From NCBI GenBank assembly GCA_049971295.1, contig JBMFLH010000005.1, positions 1-44,458 of the forward strand: DNA of 44,458 bases, in the 5' to 3' direction. The stretch is from Candidatus Ratteibacteria bacterium (GTDB taxonomy: Bacteria; Ratteibacteria; UBA8468; B48-G9; DTJG01). Positions 27,824 through 36,640 of the stretch are shown here, piece by piece. How positions within the stretch are numbered: position 1 is the stretch's first letter; each line of letters opens with the position of its first letter. A model generated the notes under the pieces. It did not search any database. It was given only the letters and a program-made list of their open reading frames with translations, and was not told where the DNA came from. A program made the position numbers and the translations under genes.

Positions 27824-30800
27824 TTACATCCCTTTTATCCTGACGATATCAACATTTTCAAGTGGAATCTCTATAATGAGTGTGTCTTTTTGTTTTTTGT
27901 AATTTAATGTACCGAATGTTATCGAGTCAACTGAGTTTACAGAGTTTACACCATGCACAGTAAGAACCAGATTTTCAATTGGTTTACCGCTGGCATTGTT
28001 AAGAAACACAAGTACGCCATTTTCATAATCCATCAGTTGCGTATATATACCTGGAGTGGATACATCATAATATTTTTTGACTCCCAGATAATCCATAATC
28101 GCAGTAATAAAACTTCTTTCTGATAGTCCATCCTCAAGTTTGTATTGTTCTGGTTTCGAATTTATGTTCCAGTGTTGACGAACATACGCCTGACCAAGAA
28201 GTGCTCCTATGTAAAATGCCTGACCTTTTCCATACTTATTGACAAACACTGCTGGTTTTCCATCTTCATATTTTCCTATTGTTTTACATGTTATTCCAAT
28301 GCAATCAAATTTTACTCCCCATATAGGAATTTCAATAGGTTGTTTTGCGAATTCCTGTGAAATTGTAATTGTTCCCATTTGTTTATATGCAAACTTGCTT
28401 ACAGTTGTGGAATAGAATGCAGATGCCCATTTAAGCCAGTCATCCTGTGTGATAATTTTTTGTTGTTTGAAGCCAAATACAGAATTAAGGATGCTACTTT
28501 CCTGATTGTATTGATTCCAGTTTCCGGCACCTACGATTGCTATCAGTTTTCCGCCTTTGTAGACCCATTCAGCGATTTTCTTCTGGGAATTTTCGTGTAT
28601 GTTTGGATCTGTAATTATCAAAACAGAATAATTCTTCAGAATATCGTCTTCCACAATGTCCTGTTCACAGATGATATCAACTGAATAATAGGAATGTTTT
28701 AAAAGTGTATAAATGTCCTGTCTTTCTGGACAGAAGTACAATCCCTTTACCTGCATTAAATCAGATGTGAATGCAATAAGTTGAGCAATTTTTGCTGGTC
28801 TTACCTTTGCCTGGCTGATATCTTTTTCAAACCTTTTTAATCTTCGTGTGATATCAGCAGTTTCTCTGAGTGCTTTTTCATTGTCAGCCCAGGCAGGTCC
28901 GATATTACCGACTGGTCCATAGAGATACAGAAGATTTTCTTTTATTCCAGCCATGAGATATGCAAAAAGTTTTGATCTTATTGCTTCGCCTCCTACAAGA
29001 TAACTTGCCATCGGCAAATTCCATTTTCTGCTGGCTGCTCTCATAATATCAGCACCAAGACAAATTCTTCCAATACCTGCATCCCATCCGTATACCCAGT
29101 CCTCCATCATAATTCCTTCAAAAGCCCTTTTCCTTCCGAGTTCAAAAATGTCAAGGCCAGATGTGTTCATATCATTGTTATTACCAATAAACGCAAATTG
29201 CATGGGCCCTGCTTGGAAATTAGGCGCAATGAGTTGCATGTCAGGAAAGTATTTTTTTATCGCATCAGTGGCACATTTGTAGTAAATGGCTGTGTAGTTG
29301 TTGATGAATTTTTTTGTATGATAAAAAAGTTGATTATATCCGATATTTCCTTCCTCAAGTTTCTTCCTATCAGTTTCAGGATAGACCTCGTCCCAAGAAT
29401 TCTTTCCCAACATTTTCGGAGTCAACTTTTCGTTTTTCAAATGCTGCCTGAATTCATCGAGTAATTGTGGGGTACTTACAATTTCTCTTGCATTTATTGC
29501 AGGACCAATTTCATCGCCAGTATTAAAATGCTTTGCTATCTTCATTGTCTGTGGGATAACAGATGAGTATCTATTTGCCATTTTTGAATAGAAGTCATCA
29601 AATACCCGCAACCATCTTTGATGGCTATTTTCTCCAGGTTTATAATCATATTGTTTTGCATATGCTTCAGAGGTGTATCTCCAGTTTCCTGCCCATCCTG
29701 TGATTGTAGTATTAATGATGCCGTACTTTTTGCATAATGATGTAAACATATCATCCTTTATTCCGGATGCTGTAATACTGTTAATTCCAATGCTGGAAAG
29801 TATTTTGAATTCTGTGTCTGCTTTTTCGTAGGTTGTTTCGCCTGATATTACTCTGTAAGGGATAAGTTGTACCCATGTTCCAATTATCAGATCTGTCAGA
29901 TGTGGTGGCTCCCCAAAATTCATTTTTTCTATCATTTCCAATCTTTTCATTGTGTACTCAGCAAATGTTCCGAGTTCCTTCAAACCTTCAAGACCAGTTT
30001 TTGTCGGCATTCTCACTGCCAGGGCACCTTCAATATATTTTAGTCCATAATAATTTGGGCCTGCTTTATCAATTTTTTCTTCAATAGTATGAAAAATGAA
30101 ATCTTCAGATGGTTCTGATGCAAACTCAAGGTGTAAAACCACTTCTTTTTTGGCAGGATTTTGAGGGATTACAATAAAGCATGTAAAGTAATGCGCTGAT
30201 CGGGAAACAGGTAGTTCCGCCCAGCATGAATACTCACCAGCATTTAACCAGTCAGTATCATCAACAGGCGCAACCCATGCAATGGGTCTTCCCCAGTCAT
30301 TATTTCCTGTCCACCACTTTGGTTGAACACCATATCGATTTACAGTACCTGTAGCGTATCTCGCGGGGGTATATGGATTTGTTTCACTGTCAACCACGAT
30401 ACAGTATTTATAGTTTTCCGGTTGTTCAATTTTGCATCTTACCCATACTTTTCCAGTAAATTCATCGGGGTTATTCTTTTCAAGCCACTGGTCAAGATTT
30501 TCAGGAAAATTCAATTTTGTTTCTACTGTACATTTTTCAGCACCAGCAGTTACAATGATACCCGCAGGATTTTCTTTCACAGGAGCATTGATGACCATTG
30601 TGGCATTTGATTTTTCACTACTTCCATAGTAAAGATAATAGATTTCTCTCGATTTTGCCGGGATTTGAGAAGTTTTAAAAAATATTGAATCAGGGCTCTC
30701 TTTGGAGATGCATACCTGTAAAGGGATACTATTTCCCTTTGAATCAACAAGGTAAATATCACCTGCATCAGTCCTGATTTTTTTCGTTTTTATGAGGGTT

Positions 30801-30970
30801 TGAACTGGATACTTTAACATCACAGTTCCTTCAATGGGTATTTCAGACGTATTTTTAACCTGTACAGGTACTTTGTATTTGAAATGTTCAGACCATGATT
30901 TTTGCTGTGCTGAACAGACAAAACACAGAACAGCAATTACAGTTGCAGATTTCATAATTTTTAAATACAT
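27824..30970 (-). CDS. Secreted GH42-like protein (DUF2341-like N-terminus, TIM barrel, beta-galactosidase trimerisation domain)
   Basis: Signal peptide; W..FKYK.PV..YYLYYG; GDEIG and MEDW candidate catalytic Glu; LKNYSVL..EWVYKGGKL..YEDGKPAV..YGKGQAFY. Confidence 0.65.
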   Translation of the reverse strand: MYLKIMKSATVIAVLCFVCSAQQKSWSEHFKYKVPVQVKNTSEIPIEGTVMLKYPVQTLIKTKKIRTDAGDIYLVDSKGNSIPLQVCISKESPDSIFFKTSQIPAKSREIYYLYYGSSEKSNATMVINAPVKENPAGIIVTAGAEKCTVETKLNFPENLDQWLEKNNPDEFTGKVWVRCKIEQPENYKYCIVVDSETNPYTPARYATGTVNRYGVQPKWWTGNNDWGRPIAWVAPVDDTDWLNAGEYSCWAELPVSRSAHYFTCFIVIPQNPAKKEVVLHLEFASEPSEDFIFHTIEEKIDKAGPNYYGLKYIEGALAVRMPTKTGLEGLKELGTFAEYTMKRLEMIEKMNFGEPPHLTDLIIGTWVQLIPYRVISGETTYEKADTEFKILSSIGINSITASGIKDDMFTSLCKKYGIINTTITGWAGNWRYTSEAYAKQYDYKPGENSHQRWLRVFDDFYSKMANRYSSVIPQTMKIAKHFNTGDEIGPAINAREIVSTPQLLDEFRQHLKNEKLTPKMLGKNSWDEVYPETDRKKLEEGNIGYNQLFYHTKKFINNYTAIYYKCATDAIKKYFPDMQLIAPNFQAGPMQFAFIGNNNDMNTSGLDIFELGRKRAFEGIMMEDWVYGWDAGIGRICLGADIMRAASRKWNLPMASYLVGGEAIRSKLFAYLMAGIKENLLYLYGPVGNIGPAWADNEKALRETADITRRLKRFEKDISQAKVRPAKIAQLIAFTSDLMQVKGLYFCPERQDIYTLLKHSYYSVDIICEQDIVEDDILKNYSVLIITDPNIHENSQKKIAEWVYKGGKLIAIVGAGNWNQYNQESSILNSVFGFKQQKIITQDDWLKWASAFYSTTVSKFAYKQMGTITISQEFAKQPIEIPIWGVKFDCIGITCKTIGKYEDGKPAVFVNKYGKGQAFYIGALLGQAYVRQHWNINSKPEQYKLEDGLSERSFITAIMDYLGVKKYYDVSTPGIYTQLMDYENGVLVFLNNASGKPIENLVLTVHGVNSVNSVDSITFGTLNYKKQKDTLIIEIPLENVDIVRIKGM

Positions 30971-31046
30971 TTGATTTTCCTCTTTTTATTATATATTATA
31001 TTAATTCTCAAAGATAAACCGGTCAAACTATCAAAATGGAGCAGAT

Positions 31047-32153
31047 ATGACAAGGAAACAACTGAACCTTGCGATTTTTGAAGGAAAGGCAAAATCAGTT
31101 CTCTGGCAACCACGCCTTGAAAGCTGGATTTTGTTTCACAGAGCTAAGGGGACACTTGGTGAGAAATTTCGTGATTTAACTGACCTTGAAATTTATGACC
31201 GATTAAAATGTTCTGTCAGGTATGCCGCCTCTGCCGGGCTTCATTATTACTATACAACGACTGTCGAAACATTTGAAAGAGGAATTGACAGAAATCATAC
31301 AGAACTTATTACAAAAACTGAGAAAGGTGTACTGAAAACCATTTTTCAGATTGTACCCAGTGGAATGGGATATGCTGATAACAAAAGAATTGTTGAATTT
31401 CCAGTAAAAACTGTTGAAGACCTTAGAATTCTCACTCATCTTGTCAGTCACTCTCATGCGGTTGCGATACCGGAACTTTTCAATGAGGCAGCAAACAGAG
31501 TGGGGAAAAGGGCAGAACCGACGATTTTTCTTCCAAGTACGGGGTTCACTGATTTGATAAAGAGACACGCAGGACTTTTGAATACATACTATCTTTTGAA
31601 TGATTATCCTTCTGAATTCAATAAATACATGGAGGCATGCGATGAAAGAGATATGAGAATTGCTGAAGAAGCATTAAAGCTTCCCTGTAGAATTTTTAAT
31701 CTCGGTGACCATGTGACTAATGAATTTACGCCACCGCCTATTCTAAAAAAATATGTGATTCCCAGATGGAAAAGAATCAGTCAGTTAATGACAGAAAACA
31801 ATAGATTTGTCCACAGTCACTGGGATGGAAATTCCAGATTGATTTTACCCTATCTGAAAGAATCGGGTTTACATGCGGTTGAAGCCCTTACGCCAGAACC
31901 AATGTGCGACATGACACTGGAAGAGATAAAGCAGGCAACACAAGGAATGGTTGTTCTTGACCTAATCCCCGCAATTTTCTTTCTTCCTTCATTTCCTATG
32001 AAAGAACTTCTATCTTTTACTGAAAGAGTAATTGAAATGTTTATGGGACGGCTTATTCTCGGTGTTTCAGACGAAATTTCCCCACCTGGTGAGATAGAAA
32101 GAATAGAAGCAATTTCTGAATTTATTGACAAAAAATACGGCCTACCCGATTAG
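31047..32153 (+). CDS. Uroporphyrinogen decarboxylase / MtaA-CmuA-like TIM barrel protein
   Basis: EFPVKTVED, NLGDH, HSHWDG, EALTPEP.CD.TLEE and ILGVSDEISP. Confidence 0.7.
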   Translation: MTRKQLNLAIFEGKAKSVLWQPRLESWILFHRAKGTLGEKFRDLTDLEIYDRLKCSVRYAASAGLHYYYTTTVETFERGIDRNHTELITKTEKGVLKTIFQIVPSGMGYADNKRIVEFPVKTVEDLRILTHLVSHSHAVAIPELFNEAANRVGKRAEPTIFLPSTGFTDLIKRHAGLLNTYYLLNDYPSEFNKYMEACDERDMRIAEEALKLPCRIFNLGDHVTNEFTPPPILKKYVIPRWKRISQLMTENNRFVHSHWDGNSRLILPYLKESGLHAVEALTPEPMCDMTLEEIKQATQGMVVLDLIPAIFFLPSFPMKELLSFTERVIEMFMGRLILGVSDEISPPGEIERIEAISEFIDKKYGLPD

Positions 32154-32156
32154 TGC

Positions 32157-32204
32157 TTGACAATAATAAAAAAATAGTAATACTATATTTATAAGTACTT
32201 ATAA
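32157..32204 (+). promoter_or_regulatory. Promoter TTGACA-N18-TACTAT with adjacent perfect 16-bp palindrome (putative GntR operator)
   Basis: TTGACA 32157-32162, TACTAT 32181-32186, TTATAAGTACTTATAA 32189-32204. Confidence 0.65.
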
Positions 32205-32219
32205 GTTTGCCTAAAAAAT

Positions 32220-32498
32220 ATGACTCTGTATGAGCGGGTAAAAGAGTATTTACTGGCAGAGATAGAAAAAAGAGAAGAAGGCGATATTCTTCCAAGCCAG
32301 ACATATCTTGTGCAAAAATTTAAAGTTTGCCATCTTACTATTCGCAGAGCTCTTGAAGACCTTGAAAAAGAAGGTTTGATACTGAAAAGACAGGGTAAAG
32401 GCACATTTATAAGAAAAAAATCTCAGGCCTTTTCAATTCAACTTTGTACTGTACCCATTTGTCAGGAGCAAAATAAGTTAGAATTTAAAAACTCCTGA
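32220..32498 (+). pseudogene. GntR family regulator truncated after the wHTH domain by an IS remnant
   Basis: LYERVK..LPS..L..F.V..TIRRAL..L..EGLI...QGKGTF; the residues after 32444 are read from the IS terminal repeat. Confidence 0.8.
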
Positions 32499-32936
32499 TT
32501 AGTTAAGTTTTGTTGCATTAACATTGTTTGTTCAAACTTATTCTTTTCTTTTACTTTTTCTGATTTCTTTCGCTTCATTCGTATTCGTTTTTTTAAATTC
32601 CGTCGTTAAATCACCTATGATTGTTTTAAGCTTATATATCTCGGATTTTAACCGTTGTGTTTCCTGTTCATTGTTTATATCAAATATCTTGAATCCATTA
32701 TTTAAAAATTTATCCCGGCATTTATCATACTGAGTTAGTGATACCTGATACCGATTACAAATTTCAGATATATTGGCCCCTGCTTTTAATCCTTCCAATA
32801 CTATTTCAAATCTTTTGACTGCTGCATTTTCTTTTCCATTTTTACCCACTTCTTTTCCCTTATTTTTTCATCAGGCTGTTTCCAAAAGGTCCTTTCCTAA
32901 CTTAATTTATCCGCTCAACTAATGGGTAACAGTATA
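32445..32936 (-). mobile_element. Internally deleted IS3-family (IS150-like) element, ~490 bp
   Basis: Terminal inverted repeats TGTACTGTACCCATTTGT..AAATAAGTTAG and TATACTGTTACCCATTAGT..AAATTAAGTTAG; contains OrfA only; no target-site duplication seen. Confidence 0.75.
32538..32849 (-). pseudogene. IS3-family transposase OrfA (HTH + leucine zipper), degenerate
   Basis: FEIVLEGLK..NISEICNRYQVS..QY.K.RDKFL..G and EIYKLKTIIGDLT; no OrfB/DDE domain. Confidence 0.75.
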
Positions 32937-33337
32937 AATAATCTGTAAGAAAAAAAAGTCAAAAGAAAAAGGAGAAAAATTTGAAAAAGAAGAAATTTTC
33001 GTTTAGAATTTAAAATAAGGCATCGTATACCATTTCATTTAGATTCTTACATGAGGCAACAGGGATGCACAAGTAGAGAAGGATCATTAACAGTTCATGG
33101 TTGGTTAATCGCAAGGAACAATTGAGTAAAATAAATAAAGAAGTTCATTTAGTCATAAGTGGGAATACAATTTATGTTATGATTTTGTGCCAATGCAATG
33201 TCCGAAAGTGAAACAACAGAAAAATTTGCTCCTAAAAGTATTACCAGTGTACTCAACTCATACATTATTTTGACAATTACCAGAAAAAGTGTTATTTATA
33301 ATCCTAAGGAATTGGGCATAAAATTTCTGACATTTCA

Positions 33338-34717
33338 ATGAAAAAGAGACTATCTTCTGAAGAAAAAGAATACCAGCAATGAATTTCCATATTCAATTCT
33401 CTTAACGAACTTATTTCCATTGTTGATCCAGAAACTTACAAAGTTCTTTATGTTAATCAGATTTTGATAAAAACTTTTGGAAATGTTATAGGCAAAAAAT
33501 GCTACAGAGTATTTCAAAACCTGAACAAGCCATGCAGTTTCTGTACCAATAAATACATTTTTGGGCCAAGGGCAAAGCCAGTTTATATCTGGGAATTTTA
33601 GAACAATATGAATAAACGATGGTATCGCTGTATTGATAGACCCCTGACCTGGATAGATGGAAGAAAGGTCCGTTTTGAACTGGCAATTGATATTACTGAC
33701 AGAAAATTGCTTGAAGAATCTTTACAAAAAAGCCAGCAGAGATATAAAGACCTCTGGAATAATGCTCCGGTTGCCTATCACATTGTTGACAGAAAAGGAA
33801 TAATAAAAGATGTAAATAAAACTGAACTAAAAATGCTGGGATATTCTAAAAAAGAAATGCTGGGTAAAGAGATTTTTGATTTCATTATTCCATCTCAAAG
33901 AAAAGCAGCGCGAGAAAGATTTGTGCGGAAAATAAAAGGAGAAAAGTTAGAAAAAGACTACAATAGAATTTATCAGAGGGAAGATGGCACTCCTTTGTAT
34001 GTTTCAATTGAAAAGAATGAAAAAGGTGAAATTGTTGGCATGCGAACATCAATGATAGACATTTCAGAGTTAAAGAAGATGGAAGAGACCCTGAAAGAAC
34101 TATCACTGAAAGATGAACTTACCGGTCTATACAACAGACGCGGCTTTTTTACTCTTGCAGAACAGGAAATTCGTAGAACCCAGAGGAACAAAACCCCTTT
34201 TCATGTACTTTTTATTGATTTTGACAATTTGAAAATCATCAATGACACAAAAGGACATGTGACAGGTGATGAGGTTTTAAAAAAGCTGGCATAGATTCTG
34301 AGAGATACATTTAGAAAATCAGATATTATAGCAAGAATTGGTGGAGATGAATTTGGAATTCTGGCGCCAGAGGTAAAAGGAGGAAAACAGGTCAATGCTT
34401 TGATTGATAGATTGAGAGAAACAATCAGAGCATTCAATAAAAAGCATAACAACAAGTATCAGATTTCAATCAGCATTGGCGCTGTCAGGTATGATGGTAA
34501 TAAGCTCGTTACAATTGACAGATTAATTGCAGAAGCAGACAGGAAAATGTATCAGGAAAAAATCACAAAATACAAACTTGCAAAATATCGAATGAAAACC
34601 ATTTTTGACCAAAAATATGGCAAGAATTCTTTCCAATCATGGTTTTTATGTGTCCTATTTATGTGTCCTATTAGATCAGATGATGGTTTGAAATTTGGGA
34701 AAAAAATGATAGAATAA
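33338..34717 (+). pseudogene. PAS-PAS-GGDEF diguanylate cyclase interrupted by three in-frame stops
   Basis: One frame from ATG 33338 with TGA 33380, TAG 33599 and TAG 34292; DELTGLYNRR, ND..GH..GD, RKSD I-site, RIGGDEF, SIG and ADRKMY. Confidence 0.85.
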
Positions 34718-34752
34718 TTTTATAGCCGTAGACATAAATCTGTGAAATCAAA

Positions 34753-34824
34753 GCCGCCTTAGCTCAGTGGTAGAGCAGGGCACTTGTAATGCTCAGGTCC
34801 GCGGTTCAAATCCGCGAGGCGGCT
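34753..34824 (+). tRNA. tRNA-Thr (anticodon UGU)
   Basis: Acceptor GCCGCCT/AGGCGGC, D-arm GCTC-AGTGGTA-GAGC, anticodon loop CTTGTAA, T-loop TTCAAAT; CCA not encoded. Confidence 0.96.
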
Positions 34825-35139
34825 CTGAAAGGACATATCCTGATGATACCACTCACATCAATTTTTAAGATTTTATACCAGAAATACAGACCAATTTTCA
34901 TTTTCTGTGATGATGCTGGATACTGGCGAGAAAAATAAAAGATTTCTATGAAACAATGTTTCCATCCTGTTCAAATAAATTCAGCAAATTTCTTGACCTT
35001 TTTGACCGATGGTCGAATATGCGCGGATACCTTATGGTAGTTACCATTATGAAAACCTGGCTGAAAAGTTGGATGAGGTTTCATGGGAAAACTATTTGAA
35101 CAGAATTATAATGGAAAAAACAAAAATATGGAGAAACAG

Positions 35140-36636
35140 ATGCAATACGTTGTGACAAAAAATGACATTGTTTTAGGATTAAAGAAACTGGGACTTAGAA
35201 AGGGAGATATTGTCCTTGTCCATAGTTCATTGAGCAGTTTGGGGAAGGTTGAAGGTGGACCAGAAACAGTAATACAGGCGCTTATTGAAGTGGTTGGAAA
35301 GACCGGTACAATCATGATGCCATACCCGCTGGGCAACGCAACAATCGCAAGAGTATTTTCTTCGATGAAAGGAGTAATAAGAAGTACACATCCAACACAC
35401 GCTGTTTCTGCAATGGGAGCAAAAGCAGATTACTTAACAAAGGATCATGATAAAATGCCCACTGCCTGTGGGAAAGGAACACCGTTTGGGAAACTTGTTG
35501 ACCTTGGCGGATACATTTTGTTAATAGGGGTTGACCAGGACAGGAACACAACCCTTCATACTGCTGAAGATTATGCGGACCTGCCATATCTTTCGGAAAA
35601 GGAATTTAAGTATGTGGACGCAGATGGCATGGAAAAGACAATTGTTCTAAAAAGGTTTCCAGGTCCTCATAGAAATTTTATTGGAATGGACAGAATTTTT
35701 CTCGCAAAGAAAATCATGAGGATAGAAAGAATTGGAAATGCCATGGTACGTCTTATTGATGCAAAGAAAATGATAAAGGTGTGTCTTGATGAACTGAAGG
35801 ACAATCCTGCTGCATTCTTGTGTGAAAATCCAAACTGTGCTGACTGTATGATGCAGAGAGGCAAAATCAAAGAGGCAAGATTGAAAAAGGAAAGTTTTAT
35901 CCTTTCTGCAACAAGTAGCCACGTTGTTTCAGAACCCGAGGAAATGTTGAAGATTCTGCAGGGGCAAGGAATAAAAACAATAGAACTTGATGCTGTCTGG
36001 GACAGGTCAATCACACAACTTGCTCCGTCTGAACTTGAGTATTTAAAAAATTTGTTTACAATGAATGGTTTTTCGGTTGCGGGTGTATCCTGTAAAGAGA
36101 ACTGTGAACTTGAAAAGTGTCTTGATATTGCAGGGTTTTTCGGCGCAAAATACGTTGTTTTGCCACGTTTTGATCCCTCGCAGGATATTTACAAACAGAG
36201 GCAACAATTTATTGAGTCACTTGTTCCCGTGATTGAAATTGCAAAGAAAAAAAATATCGTGCTTCTGATAGAAAACAGACCAGATACTGTGTGCGCCAGG
36301 TCTTCTGATTGTCTTGAAATTTTGGAAAAGGTTAACTCCCCTTATTTGAAGCTGGCTTTCAATCCTGCAAATTTTGCGATTGCAAGAGAAAAACCATTTG
36401 GAAAGGTTCCTCCAAAACTGAGAAGGCGCGCATCTGTTGTCTATATTAATGATGCATTATTTACAGGGAAACCACAGATTCCTGGATATGGCAATGCTGA
36501 GATAAAGGAGTTGATTTCAATTTTGAGGTGCTGGTGTTTTTCAGGATATTTCTGCTTAAAACCAGGCACAGGAACAGGCAAGGAAATTTTTAATCATGAG
36601 GCGAATGCATTCTGGCATGTGCTTGAAACAATGTGA
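35140..36636 (+). CDS. AAC(3)/YokD-family N-acetyltransferase fused to a xylose-isomerase-like TIM barrel
   Basis: VHSSLSSLG, RSTHPTH, GTPFGKL, GVDQDRNTTLHTAE and CENPNCADC; then GIKTIEL, LLIENRP, AFNPANF, PGYG. GGAGA precedes ATG 35140 (alternatives 35083, 35128). Confidence 0.8.
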   Translation: MQYVVTKNDIVLGLKKLGLRKGDIVLVHSSLSSLGKVEGGPETVIQALIEVVGKTGTIMMPYPLGNATIARVFSSMKGVIRSTHPTHAVSAMGAKADYLTKDHDKMPTACGKGTPFGKLVDLGGYILLIGVDQDRNTTLHTAEDYADLPYLSEKEFKYVDADGMEKTIVLKRFPGPHRNFIGMDRIFLAKKIMRIERIGNAMVRLIDAKKMIKVCLDELKDNPAAFLCENPNCADCMMQRGKIKEARLKKESFILSATSSHVVSEPEEMLKILQGQGIKTIELDAVWDRSITQLAPSELEYLKNLFTMNGFSVAGVSCKENCELEKCLDIAGFFGAKYVVLPRFDPSQDIYKQRQQFIESLVPVIEIAKKKNIVLLIENRPDTVCARSSDCLEILEKVNSPYLKLAFNPANFAIAREKPFGKVPPKLRRRASVVYINDALFTGKPQIPGYGNAEIKELISILRCWCFSGYFCLKPGTGTGKEIFNHEANAFWHVLETM

Positions 36637-36640
36637 AAAC

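Noticed and set aside
32980..33337. Riboswitch (e.g. c-di-GMP) upstream of the cyclase pseudogene
   Set aside because: A TTGAAA-N17-TAGAAT promoter-like match exists, but I found no convincing aptamer consensus or stable stems; the region may be decayed coding sequence.
32220..34824. tRNA-anchored genomic island
   Set aside because: The decayed genes lie 5' of the tRNA, and no integrase or duplicated tRNA 3' end was seen.
35140..35900. Aminoglycoside resistance gene aac(3)
   Set aside because: Family membership only; the fusion architecture and chromosomal metabolic context do not support a resistance call.
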